A stretch of DNA of 64,000 nucleotides from Polyangiales bacterium. Lineage in GTDB: Bacteria; Myxococcota_A; Polyangia; Polyangiales; Ga0077539. Within the stretch, counting starts at the first letter, position 1; each line of letters starts with the position of its first letter. Shown piece by piece: positions 28,246-39,354 of this stretch. The position numbers and the translations under genes were made by a program. The DNA lies in assembly GCA_044229975.1 (NCBI GenBank), contig JBGARZ010000028.1, positions 1 to 64,000 on the forward strand. Reading direction: 5' to 3'. The notes beneath the pieces are model-generated. The model had not been told where the DNA came from, did not search any database, and saw only the letters and a list, made by a program, of their open reading frames with translations.

Positions 28246-28821
28246 TCAAAGCGCCAGGGCCCGGAAGTAGAGCGTCGTGGAGACCCGCGCGTCGAACGAC
28301 GCCGGTCGCCCCGCCGCCGCCGGGACCCGCACGCCGACCTTGAACTGACCCGACAGCAGCGCCGCGTTGATGGGCAGCAGGTCGGCGCGAGACGCGGTGA
28401 CCGTGACCGCCACCGGGCCCGCGCCCGTGGGCATCGCCGCCGTGCCGACGTTGACCGTCACGGACGAGGTCGCGAAGTACACCACCGCCGTGCCCGCGAA
28501 GATCTGCTCGAAGGCGGTGACGCCGCGGGTGTCGTTCGCGAGGGTGAAGGTCATCCGGTCGAGCAGCACCGCCGCCGCGTCGCGCCCCAGCGCCGTGCGG
28601 GCGTCGCGCAGGAAGGCCGAGTAGGGGTTGCCCGACTCGGTGTTGATGTCCTTGTCCGAGTCGAAGGCCTCGTTGCGGACGTCGCCGTCCTTGAACTTGT
28701 CCAGCCGCACGTTGACGGGTCCGGAGTACCCCGCCGCGTTGAGGTCGGTGGAGCCATCGGCCCCACACCCGACCACCATCGCCGCCAGCATCGTCCCGAG
28801 CACCGTCGCGTTCTTTGTCAT
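28246..28821 (-). CDS. Hypothetical lipoprotein
   Basis: MTKN...VVGC lipobox; GGAGG RBS; host-like codon usage. Confidence 0.8.
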   Translation of the reverse strand: MTKNATVLGTMLAAMVVGCGADGSTDLNAAGYSGPVNVRLDKFKDGDVRNEAFDSDKDINTESGNPYSAFLRDARTALGRDAAAVLLDRMTFTLANDTRGVTAFEQIFAGTAVVYFATSSVTVNVGTAAMPTGAGPVAVTVTASRADLLPINAALLSGQFKVGVRVPAAAGRPASFDARVSTTLYFRALAL

Positions 28822-28883
28822 CCACTGCCTCCGCGTTGTTCGCGCGCCCGCTCCGATGCGGACGCTTCGACCTGTGGCACGTC

Positions 28884-28899
28884 AGCAATCGACGTACCT
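28884..28899 (-). promoter_or_regulatory. Candidate sigma54 promoter
   Basis: Minus strand AGGTACGTCGATTGCT (GG-N10-GC), upstream of the lipoprotein-activator-kinase unit. Confidence 0.55.
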
Positions 28900-29004
28900 C
28901 GCGAGGAGACGAAGCCGCCGCCGCGGCACTTCACCCGTCGGTTCGCCACGGGAGAGCGGCGTCATGTGGGGTTGGCGCACAACCCTGTGCACGTGCGGTA
29001 CAGG

Positions 29005-32000
29005 TCAGCGCCGAGCGCGGACGCCGAACATCCGCAGCAGCGCCGGGAGCAGGAACACCCCAAGCAGCGTGCTCGACGCGAGGCCCCCGATGACCACCGT
29101 GGCGAGCGGGCGTTGCACCTCGCTGCCCGCCGAGGTCGCCACCGCCATCGGCGCGAAGCCGAGCGCCGCCACCGTGGCCGTCAGCAGCAGCGGGCGTAGC
29201 ACCGCGACCGCGCCGTCCCTGATCGCGTCGTCGGCGTCGGCGCCCTCGTCGATGCGTCGCTTGATCTCGCTGGCCATCACCACGCCGTTGAGCACCGCGA
29301 TGCCGCACAGCGCGATGAAGCCCACCGCGGCCGGGATGCTGAAGGACATGCCGCGCGCCTTGAGCGCGACCACGCCGCCCAGCAGCGCGAAGGGCACGCC
29401 CGTAAACACCGCCAGCGCGTACCGCAGCTCGCGGAAGGTCAGGAAGAGCATCCCCAGGATGATCACCAGCGCGACAGGAACCACCACCGCGAGCCGGTCG
29501 CGGGCGCGGTTGAAGTTCTCGAACTGGCCGCTCCACTCCAGGGCGTAGCCCGTGGGCATCGGCACCTCGCGCGCGACCACGGCGCGGGCCTCCTCGACGA
29601 AGCTCACGAGGTCCCTGCCGCGGAGGTTCACCTCGACGCGCATGCGTCGGCGCAGACCCTCGCGGCCGATCTGCGCGGCGCCGTCCTCCTCGGTGATGTT
29701 GGCCACCTGCGCGAGCGGCACGAGCTGCCCCTCGTTGGATCCCACCATGAGCCGCCCGATGCCCGCCGCGCCCGGCTGCGTCGGCGGGAGCAGCACCCGC
29801 AGGTCGAAGCGCCGCGCCCCCTCGAACACCACGCCCACCGGGCGCCCGAGGTGCGACGCCTCCACGGCCGCGAGCGCGTCCTCCCCGGCGATGCCGTGGC
29901 GCGAGAGCCGGTCGCGGTCGATGCGCACCTGCAACATCGGCAGCCCGAGGGCCCGCTCGACGCGCACGTCCCCGGCGCCTTGCAGCCGTCGGAGCACCTG
30001 GCCGATGTGGTTGGCGAGGTCGGTCATCGTGTGGAGGTCGTCGCCCGCGAGGTAGGCCACCACGTCGGCGCGCGAGCCGGAGATCATGTCGTTGGTGCGG
30101 TCCTCGATGGGCTGCGAGATGGAGACGAAGGTCGACGGCACCTCGCGCTCGATGGCCGCCTTGAGCGCCTCGCCGAGCCCGTCGAGGTCGTGCGCCGTGC
30201 GCCACTCCGCGTGCGGCCGCAGGTGCACGAGGATGTCCGTGTTGTCCATGCCCACGGGGTCGGTCGCGACCTCCGCGCGCCCGGTGGTGGCGAGCGTGGT
30301 CACCACCTCCGGGAAGCGCCGCAGCACCCGCTCGGCCTCCAGGTCGAGCCGCCGCGCCTCGGTGATTCCGACGCTGGGAATGCGGCGGATGGCGACGTAG
30401 ATGTCCCCCTCGTCGATGCGCGGGATGAAGTCTGCCCCGAGGGTCGTCGCCAGCGGCGCGATCACCACCAGCAGCGCGAGCGCCGCGACCACCATCGCGA
30501 TGCGCTGCCGCAGCACCCACGCGACCGCCACGCGGTAGGGCGCCTCCAGGCGCGCGAGGATGCCGTGGTGGCCGGGGCTCTTCGGAGGTCGCAGCAGCGT
30601 CATGGCGCCCGCGGGAAACACCAGCAGCGCGAACACCAGTGACCCGCCCAGCGCGAGCGCCATGGTGGCCGCCATGGGGCGAAACATCTTCCCCTCGACG
30701 CCCTTCAGCGACAGCAGCGGGAGGTACACCAACAAGATGATGGCGACGGAGAACACAACCGGCCGCGTCACCCCGCGGATGGCATCGCCGATGGCCCGCT
30801 GGTAGTTCTCACGGGTGATGTCGGGCATCGCGAGGCGCGCGATGGCTGCCTCCAGCATCACGATGGGGCCGTCGACGAGGAAGCCGAAGTCGATGGCGCC
30901 CAGGGACATGAGGTTGCCGGTGATGCCGAGGTAGAGCATCCCGAAGACCGCGAGGGTCATCGCGAAGGGGATGCCCACCGTCACCAGCAGGCTGCCACGG
31001 GCGGTGCCGAGAAACACCAGCAGCACGAGGCTCACCAGCACGGCGCCCTCCACCAGGTTGGTCGCGACGGTGCGCAGCGTGCGGTTGATGAACTGCGCCC
31101 GGTCGTACACCGTCTCGATGCGCACGCCGGGCGGCAGCGTGCGCTGGATCTCGTCGATGCGTCGGTGCACGGCCTCGACGACCTCGCGCGAGTTCGACCC
31201 GGCGAGCATCAGCACGAGGCCCGCGACCACCTCGCCGCGCGCGTCCTGGGTCACCACGCCCTGCGGGAGCGCCGCGCCCACGCGCACCGTCGCGAGGTGA
31301 CGCACCTGCACCGGCGTCCCCGTCTCCGTCGCCGACACCACCACGCGACCGATGTCGTCGAGCGAGCGGTACTGCCCCTCGCCGCGGATCACGAACTGCT
31401 CCTCGCCCCGCTCGACGTACCCGCCGCCCACGTTGACGTTGTTGCGTTCGAGCGCGTGGATCACCTGCGCCAGCGTCACCCGGTGCGCCGCCAGCAGGTT
31501 GGGGTCGATGACCACCTGGTACTGTCGCTTGGCGCCGCCGAAGGCGTTGATCTCGATGACCCCGGGCACGCCGCGCAGCGCCGGGGCGATCTCCCAGTCG
31601 AGGAGCGTTCGCAGCTCCATCGGCGAGCGCCCCTCGCCCTTCACCACGAACTGGTAGATCTCGCCGAGGCCCGTCGACACCGGCGCCATCTCGGGTCTCC
31701 CGAACTGCGCCGGGATCTCGGCCTCGATGTTGCGCAGCCGCTCCATCACGAGCTGCCGCGCAAACCAGATGTCGATGTGCTCGCCGAAGATCACCGTCAC
31801 CGTCGAGATGCCCTCGCGCGTGATCGATCGGATCTCCGAGAGCCCCGGCATCCCGTTGAGCCCCGTCTCCACCGGGCGCGTGATGAACTGCTCCATCTCC
31901 TCGGCCGACAGCCCCGGCGAGTCGGTGAGCACCTGCACCTGCACGTTGGTGACGTCGGGCACCGCGTCGATGGGTAGCGCCCTCACCGCGACGACGCCCA

Positions 32001-32076
32001 GCAACAGCACGAGGCCGGTCACCACCAGCACCCCCACCCGCCAGCGCATCGCGAACTGAACGATCGAGTCGAGCAT
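29005..32076 (-). CDS. CusA/CzcA-family heavy-metal RND efflux pump
   Basis: PIDAVPDVTNVQVQV, TGLGEIYQ, GNLMSLGAIDFG, GSEVQRPLATVVIGG. Confidence 0.95.
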   Translation of the reverse strand: MLDSIVQFAMRWRVGVLVVTGLVLLLGVVAVRALPIDAVPDVTNVQVQVLTDSPGLSAEEMEQFITRPVETGLNGMPGLSEIRSITREGISTVTVIFGEHIDIWFARQLVMERLRNIEAEIPAQFGRPEMAPVSTGLGEIYQFVVKGEGRSPMELRTLLDWEIAPALRGVPGVIEINAFGGAKRQYQVVIDPNLLAAHRVTLAQVIHALERNNVNVGGGYVERGEEQFVIRGEGQYRSLDDIGRVVVSATETGTPVQVRHLATVRVGAALPQGVVTQDARGEVVAGLVLMLAGSNSREVVEAVHRRIDEIQRTLPPGVRIETVYDRAQFINRTLRTVATNLVEGAVLVSLVLLVFLGTARGSLLVTVGIPFAMTLAVFGMLYLGITGNLMSLGAIDFGFLVDGPIVMLEAAIARLAMPDITRENYQRAIGDAIRGVTRPVVFSVAIILLVYLPLLSLKGVEGKMFRPMAATMALALGGSLVFALLVFPAGAMTLLRPPKSPGHHGILARLEAPYRVAVAWVLRQRIAMVVAALALLVVIAPLATTLGADFIPRIDEGDIYVAIRRIPSVGITEARRLDLEAERVLRRFPEVVTTLATTGRAEVATDPVGMDNTDILVHLRPHAEWRTAHDLDGLGEALKAAIEREVPSTFVSISQPIEDRTNDMISGSRADVVAYLAGDDLHTMTDLANHIGQVLRRLQGAGDVRVERALGLPMLQVRIDRDRLSRHGIAGEDALAAVEASHLGRPVGVVFEGARRFDLRVLLPPTQPGAAGIGRLMVGSNEGQLVPLAQVANITEEDGAAQIGREGLRRRMRVEVNLRGRDLVSFVEEARAVVAREVPMPTGYALEWSGQFENFNRARDRLAVVVPVALVIILGMLFLTFRELRYALAVFTGVPFALLGGVVALKARGMSFSIPAAVGFIALCGIAVLNGVVMASEIKRRIDEGADADDAIRDGAVAVLRPLLLTATVAALGFAPMAVATSAGSEVQRPLATVVIGGLASSTLLGVFLLPALLRMFGVRARR

Positions 32077-32125
32077 CGGTCCGCCGTCGGTACCGCCCGC
32101 GCTCGGGCCCGTCCTTACGGCAACA

Positions 32126-33492
<1,367 letters not shown>

Positions 33493-33496
<4 letters not shown>

Positions 33497-34161
33497 GGCT
33501 CGCGCTCCGCGCGCAGGCGGTAGCCCAGGCCGCGCACGGTCTCGATCATCCACGCCGCGTCGCCGAGCTTGTCCCGCAGCCGGCTCACATGGACCTCGAC
33601 GAGGTTCGATCCGGGGTCGAAGCTCGTCTCCCAGACCTGCGCGAGCAGCTCGGAGCGCGAGGTCACCCGGCCCGCGCGGTGGGCCAGGTGCAGCAGCAGC
33701 GCGTACTCCTTGGCGGTGAGATCGAGCGACGCGCCTCGCAGCAGCGCGCGCCTCCCCCGTCGGTCGATGTGCAGCTCGCCCAGCCGCACGTCGTAGTGAC
33801 CGACCGCCCGTCGCAAGAGCGCGCGCACGCGAGCCAGCAGCTCTTCGACCTCGAAGGGCTTCACGAGGTAGTCGTCGGCGCCCGCGTCGAGGCCGAGCAC
33901 CCGCTCGCGGGTCTCGCCCCGCGCGGTGAGCATGAGGATGGGCGTGGTCACCCCGGCGCGCCGCAGCTCGCGGCAGACGGAGAGGCCGTCGAGGTCGGGC
34001 AGCATCCAGTCGAGGGCGATGACGTCGTAGAGGCCGTCCGCGGCCTGGGCGAGGGCGTCGGCGCCGCGGCCGCAGGTGTCGGTCGCGAAGCCCTCCTCGG
34101 CAAACACCCGGGCGAGGAAGCGCGCGACCTTCCGGTCATCCTCGACGACGAGCACCTTCAT
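33493..34161 (-). CDS. OmpR-family response regulator (CusR-like)
   Basis: MKVLVVEDD, LDWMLP, GADDYLVKPF, IETVRGLGY. Confidence 0.94.
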
Positions 34162-34379
34162 CGCGCCGACCTTAGGCCCCTGTTCGAACCATGCACAGGT
34201 GCACCATGCACCTTGCACACGCGCTACGCGCTCCGCGCCGGCTCATCGCGGCAGTGTTGCCGCGCTCCTTCGCCGGTGCGCTCGTACGCGAGTCATCTTC
34301 GTGCGCGCCACCCGGCGCGCACCTGCGGCATCCGTGGACGCGCGCGTCGGCCCGGCGTTCGCAGTGCACGCCGACCGTT

Positions 34380-35486
34380 GTGAAGAACTTGATCGCACGT
34401 CGGTGGCCACGTCGCTTCGCGCTCGCCGCCCTCATGTCCGTGACGGCTGCGTGTGGCAGCGAGGCTGGGTCCATGCACGACACCGTGTGGGACGAGGACG
34501 CGAGGGGCGGCGGCAACCCCGACATCGTGGGTACCGAGACCGCGACCGAGCGACCCGTCTCGCAGGGCGACGCAGGGCAGGTCTTCCGCAGCATCGCGGG
34601 GCAGTCGTGCGAGCGCGGCCTCATGTGCAACGGCCACTCGTGCTGCGAGACCATCTCCGTCCCGGGTGGAACGCTCCTCTACGGTCGCTCGGTCGCAGGC
34701 GAGGATGCGTACAACGTCCCCAACCCGGAGGAGCTGCCCGAGCACCCGGTGACCATCCCGGGGTTCTATCTCGACCGCTACGAGGTGACGGTCGGGCGCT
34801 TCCGCAAGTTCGTCGAGGGCTGGAGGGGTGCTCCCATTCCGGCCGGCGCGGGCGCCCACCCCGCGGTGCCCGGCAGCGGATGGCAGGCCGAGTGGAACCG
34901 TCAGCTCCCGCCCGACCGCGACGCCTTCGTCGGCGCGCTCCACTGCGCCGGCGGGCTCGAGTCGTGGCACGACGAGGTGGGACCCGACGACGCGCGGCCC
35001 ATCGGTTGTCTCAACTGGTACGAGGCATTCGCGTTCTGCATCTGGGATGGCGGCCGCCTGCCCGTCGAGTCGGAGTGGGAGTACGCCGCGGCCGGCGGCT
35101 CGCAGAACCGCCTGTACCCATGGGGCGCCGAAGAGCCGGACTGCACCCGCGCCCGTCCGGCCGGCAACTGCACGGCGGCCTCGGACATCCTCGCTCCGGT
35201 CGGTACGCGCCCCGCCGGCGCGGGCCTCTGGGGTCACGAAGACTTCGCCGGGGGCGCCATGGAGTGGGTGCTCGACTACTACGAAAACTACGAGGTCAAC
35301 CTGCCCGGCCTGCACGCCCGCCTCGTCCTGCCGTACCGCGCCATGTCGCGGCGCGCGCTGCGCGGTCTGAGCTTCCACGGTGGCGGCGGCGACATGCGCA
35401 ACACCGACCGCGGCAACGCGCTGCCCAGCTCCCGCTACGAGCGCTTCGGCGTCCGCTGCGCGCGCAACGCGGCGCTGACCCCGTAG
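34380..35486 (+). CDS. FGE-sulfatase (SUMF1-like) domain lipoprotein
   Basis: TAAC lipobox, LDRYEVT, RLPVESEWEYAA, YPWG, GVRCAR. Start approximate. Confidence 0.85.
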   Translation: MKNLIARRWPRRFALAALMSVTAACGSEAGSMHDTVWDEDARGGGNPDIVGTETATERPVSQGDAGQVFRSIAGQSCERGLMCNGHSCCETISVPGGTLLYGRSVAGEDAYNVPNPEELPEHPVTIPGFYLDRYEVTVGRFRKFVEGWRGAPIPAGAGAHPAVPGSGWQAEWNRQLPPDRDAFVGALHCAGGLESWHDEVGPDDARPIGCLNWYEAFAFCIWDGGRLPVESEWEYAAAGGSQNRLYPWGAEEPDCTRARPAGNCTAASDILAPVGTRPAGAGLWGHEDFAGGAMEWVLDYYENYEVNLPGLHARLVLPYRAMSRRALRGLSFHGGGGDMRNTDRGNALPSSRYERFGVRCARNAALTP

Positions 35487-35493
35487 CGCGACC

Positions 35494-37305
35494 TCAGTTG
35501 CAGGTGCTCATGGCGGTGTTGCACGAGCGGCTGCAGCAGTCGGCCGACGCCGAGCAGCTCGCCCCCGCCGCGCGGCACGCGCAGCGCCCGCTGGTGCAGA
35601 GCATCCGTCCGCAGCACTGATTGCTGTCGGTGCACGACACGCCCGCCTCGTAGCAGCACAGCGAGGTGGTGGGCGACGGCCGGTACGAGGTCCCCGCGCA
35701 GCACGACCCGCCGCTGTCGCGGGGGTTGCCCGCGACGTCGCACGCCGACACCACGCAGCTCCCGCCACTGCAGGTCATGCCCGCGCAGCAGAAGCCGGGC
35801 AGCGAGCACGCCTCGCCCGCCACGCCGCAGGTGTCCGAGCGGCACGTCCCCGAGATCACGTCGCTGCACGAGTAGCCGGTGCAGCAGGGCGTGAAGATGG
35901 TGCACGAGCGGCCGTTGCATCCCCCGGCCACGCACGCCCCGCCCGAGCAGACCTGTCCGCCGCCGCATCGCACGTTGCACCCGCCGCAGTTGGCGGTCGA
36001 CGCGAGGCTCGACTCGCAGCCGTCGGCGGTGTTGCCGTTGCAGTCGCCGAAGCCCGCATTGCACGCGAGGGTGCAGCCCGACCCGGCGCACACCCCCGTC
36101 GCGTTGGTCGCGCCCACGCACGTCGTCGTGGTGCTGGCCGTCCCGCTCGCGTTGCAGATGCTCAGCATCGACGACGAGAGGCACATGGCCGTCCCCGGCG
36201 AGCACACCGTCGTCGTCGAGCACGTCCCCGCGGCGCAGGTCTGGCCCGCCGCGCAGGCCGTCGGCGTGTACCCGAGGCCGTCTGCGTTGCAGACCTGGCG
36301 CGTCGTCGGCCCCGCGCAGGAGAGCTCGCCCGGCGTGCAGAACCACGCGAGGCAGGCGCCCGCCCGGCACGTCGTTCGGGCGGCGCAGGTGGTCATGGTG
36401 AAGGCGGTTCCGTCGCCGTTGCAGGTGCGCACCGACGTCGTCCCGACGCAGTCGGCCGCACCGGGCGTGCAGACCCGGCTGGTGCACACGCCGCCGGAGC
36501 AGGTGGTGCCCGCCGCGCACGGGGTCGCGGTGTAGTCGAGGCCGCTCGCGTTGCAGACCTGGCGTGCGCTCGACGAGGCGCAGCTCGCCGCGCCGGGCGT
36601 ACACACCCGCGCCCGACAGATGCCGCCCGAGCAGGTGGTGCCGGTCGCGCAGACCGTCTCCGTCCACGCGCTGCCGCGGGCGTCGCAGGTGCGGGCGCGG
36701 GTGGCGTCGATGCACTCGGCCGTGGAGGGCGGGCATGCCTGCGCGCGGCACGTCGCGTCGGCGCCGCACGCCTGCCCCATCGGACAGTCGACGTTGGTGA
36801 GGCAGTCGACGCAGTAGCCGCGGACGGCGTCGCACACCTGCCCGCTGCACATGCGCGACGACGCGCACGGGGTCACCGTCGTGCAGCGCCCGCCCACGCA
36901 CATGCGCCCGGCGTCACCGCAATCAGTCGCCGCGAGGCACTCGACACACAGCCCCTGCGCGCGGTCGCACAGTCGTCCGACGGGGCACTCGCGGTCGTTG
37001 CGACAGCCGGCGCCCGCGTCGCCGACGTCGACGGTCCCCCGGTCGGACGCGACGACCGTGTCCGTGCTCGGCGTGTCGATCACGGTGACGGGACGATCGA
37101 TGGCCGCCGCGACGTCGGGCTGATCGAGGGTGGGCACGTCATCGTCGGTGAAGACGTCGGGGTCGGCGGAGACGTCGAGGGGACCAGCGTCGACGGGGAG
37201 GTCACCGCCGGTGCTGCGCGGGGCGCAGGCCAGCGCGAGGGAGCCTACGGTGAACAGCATCGCCGAGAGGCGCGGCAGGGTCGTCGTCTTCACGGCGAGC
37301 ACCAT
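35494..37305 (-). CDS. Large Cys-rich repeat lipoprotein
   Basis: ALAC lipobox; about five ~44-aa CTPG..C..R.VCN..G repeats; very Cys-dense C-terminus. Confidence 0.85.
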   Translation of the reverse strand: MVLAVKTTTLPRLSAMLFTVGSLALACAPRSTGGDLPVDAGPLDVSADPDVFTDDDVPTLDQPDVAAAIDRPVTVIDTPSTDTVVASDRGTVDVGDAGAGCRNDRECPVGRLCDRAQGLCVECLAATDCGDAGRMCVGGRCTTVTPCASSRMCSGQVCDAVRGYCVDCLTNVDCPMGQACGADATCRAQACPPSTAECIDATRARTCDARGSAWTETVCATGTTCSGGICRARVCTPGAASCASSSARQVCNASGLDYTATPCAAGTTCSGGVCTSRVCTPGAADCVGTTSVRTCNGDGTAFTMTTCAARTTCRAGACLAWFCTPGELSCAGPTTRQVCNADGLGYTPTACAAGQTCAAGTCSTTTVCSPGTAMCLSSSMLSICNASGTASTTTTCVGATNATGVCAGSGCTLACNAGFGDCNGNTADGCESSLASTANCGGCNVRCGGGQVCSGGACVAGGCNGRSCTIFTPCCTGYSCSDVISGTCRSDTCGVAGEACSLPGFCCAGMTCSGGSCVVSACDVAGNPRDSGGSCCAGTSYRPSPTTSLCCYEAGVSCTDSNQCCGRMLCTSGRCACRAAGASCSASADCCSRSCNTAMSTCN

Positions 37306-37357
37306 AGTCCGATCGCGCGTTGCATCGCCATGAAGCGGCCACGGTGATTGGAGTCCC

Positions 37358-37373
37358 TGGCACGGGCCCTGCT
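37358..37373 (+). promoter_or_regulatory. Sigma54 -24/-12 promoter candidate
   Basis: TGGCACGGGCCCTGCT, close to consensus TGGCACG-N4-TTGC, upstream of the 37515 gene. Confidence 0.65.
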
Positions 37374-37514
37374 CAACGATTGGTCACACGCCTGCGGGCG
37401 GGACGCAGGTCGCGTCCTCATCGCGCGCAGCACGTGAGGTGGGCGGCGCCGGGGCGGTGATTCGTGCGTGTTGCGCGGGTGCCTCGGTGCGCGCGGTTCG
37501 AAGCGAGGTCAGTC

Positions 37515-38093
37515 ATGACGATGCGACACGTTCGAGGCAGTGGTCTTCTCCGTCTGGGCGCGCTCGCGCTCTTCGCCGCCGCGGCCCTGCCGGCCTGCGG
37601 TGCGAGCGTGGGCGGCTCACCCAACACCGCGGTCGTCGACGGCGGCGGGGCCGATCGTCCCTCCACCCCGCCCACCAACACCGGCGGCTGCCCGGCGCTG
37701 TGCGCGCACCTCCGCGCGGCCGCGTGCGGCGCCTTCAACGAGCAGTGCGTCGCGGCCTGTCAGCAGCTCGCATCGCAGGTTCCGGCGGAGTGCCGCGCGC
37801 GCTTCGATGCGTTCGTCACCTGCGGCGCGACGGGGACCATCACCTGCGCCTCCGACGGCCCCGAGATCGGCGGCTGCGACGCCCAGTCGCGCGCCCTGGA
37901 GCAGTGCGGCGACGAGCCTCCCAGCACCGACCAGTGCCTCCCCGACTCGTCGATTCCGACCGACATCGCGGCGCAGATCTGCGTGAGCGTCCCGGCGACC
38001 CCGGTTCCCCACGACTGCCCCGGCGGCGCGCCGTCGGCGGGGTGCGTCCCGTCGCCCGGCGGCGAGGCCAACGTGTTCTGCTGCCCGCGCTGA
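37515..38093 (+). CDS. Cys-rich lipoprotein
   Basis: LPAC lipobox; many Cys; ends FCCPR. Confidence 0.8.
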   Translation: MTMRHVRGSGLLRLGALALFAAAALPACGASVGGSPNTAVVDGGGADRPSTPPTNTGGCPALCAHLRAAACGAFNEQCVAACQQLASQVPAECRARFDAFVTCGATGTITCASDGPEIGGCDAQSRALEQCGDEPPSTDQCLPDSSIPTDIAAQICVSVPATPVPHDCPGGAPSAGCVPSPGGEANVFCCPR

Positions 38094-38196
38094 CCCTCGA
38101 CGGACGACTCGCGCCACGGTCGCGCGGGTTGCGCCGATCCTGCTCCATCCGTCTCGCCGCTTGCGCTGCCACCGCCACGACGTAGCGTCGACCGCG

Positions 38197-39054
38197 GTGC
38201 CTCGCTCGACCTCGCCTTCCATTCCCCTCGTCATCGCGACGGTGCTCGTCGCGCTCCCGCTCACGGCGCAGCCGCGCGCCCCGCGGCCGTCGACGCCGCC
38301 GCCCCTCGATCGCGTGCTCGTGCCTGCTGGCGCTTTCATCATGGGCACCGACACCGACGGCGAGCCCGACGAGCGACCGCGGCACACCCGCACGCTGCCC
38401 GCGTTTCGCATCGACCGCACGGAGGTGTCCCGCGAGGACTGGTCGCGCTGCGTGCGCGCGGGTCGCTGCCAGGACGCGTGGGCCCGCGCGACGTGGACCG
38501 ACCGGCGGGCGCCGGTGACATCGGTGACGTGGTTCATGGCGCGGGACTACTGCCGCTGGGCGGGCGGTCGTCTGCCCTCCGAGGCCGAGTGGGAGAAGGC
38601 CGCGCGCGGGACCGACGGGCGCACCTTCCCCTGGGGCGCCGACCCGCCGACGCCCGCCCGCGCGGTGTACGGCCAGCGCATGAACGTCGGCCAGCCCGCG
38701 GCCGTGGGCACCCACCCGGCGGGTGCATCGCCCGTCGGCGCGCTCGACATGGCGGGCAACGTCTGGGAGTGGACCGCCACCGTCTACGATCCGTACGGCT
38801 ATCGCACGCCGACGAGGGAGGCGACGTGCGAGACGGCGCTCGCGGCGTACGCCGATCTCCAGCGGCGCAACCTGTGGGCCTTCACCGGGTCGATGGGCAT
38901 TCCCCACAACTGCCAGCAGGTGCTCCGCGGCGGCGCGTGGAACTACCAGGCCGCCGGTCTACGCGTGACCAACCGCGTGCACCACGAGCCGACCGGGCGC
39001 TACCCCGTGAGCGGGTTTCGCTGCGCGGATGACTCGGTGGGTACAGGCGGCTAG
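38197..39054 (+). CDS. FGE-sulfatase (SUMF1-like) domain protein
   Basis: GAFIMG, IDRTEV, RLPSEAEWEKAARG, DMAGNVWEW, GFRCA. Start approximate. Confidence 0.88.
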   Translation: MPRSTSPSIPLVIATVLVALPLTAQPRAPRPSTPPPLDRVLVPAGAFIMGTDTDGEPDERPRHTRTLPAFRIDRTEVSREDWSRCVRAGRCQDAWARATWTDRRAPVTSVTWFMARDYCRWAGGRLPSEAEWEKAARGTDGRTFPWGADPPTPARAVYGQRMNVGQPAAVGTHPAGASPVGALDMAGNVWEWTATVYDPYGYRTPTREATCETALAAYADLQRRNLWAFTGSMGIPHNCQQVLRGGAWNYQAAGLRVTNRVHHEPTGRYPVSGFRCADDSVGTGG

Positions 39055-39338
39055 ACGTCCTTCACCACCACGCCCTTCCAGAACGCCACGCGCCCCGTGA
39101 TCTGCTTCGCGGCGTCCTTGGGCGTCGGGTAGAACCACGCCGCGTCCGCGTTGGTCTTTCCCCCCGCCACGACGTTGAAGTAGCTCGCGGTGCCCTTCCA
39201 CCCGCAGACCGTGTGCGTCGCGCTCGGCGTGAAGTGCTCGCGTCGCAGCGCCGCTTCGGGGAAGTACGCGTTGCCCTCGACCACCACGATGTCGTCGGAC
39301 TCGGCCAGGACGGTCCCGTTCCACTCGGCTCGCTTCAT
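39051..39338 (-). CDS. DUF427 family protein
   Basis: WNGTVLAESD..VEGNAYFP, CGWKGTASY, AAWFYPTP, VAFWKGV. Confidence 0.9.
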   Translation of the reverse strand: MKRAEWNGTVLAESDDIVVVEGNAYFPEAALRREHFTPSATHTVCGWKGTASYFNVVAGGKTNADAAWFYPTPKDAAKQITGRVAFWKGVVVKDV

Positions 39339-39354
39339 CAATCGTCTCCTTCGC

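Noticed and set aside
34380..39054. Two FGE-sulfatase genes as diversity-generating retroelement targets
   Set aside because: No reverse transcriptase, and I saw no template/variable repeat pair in the window.
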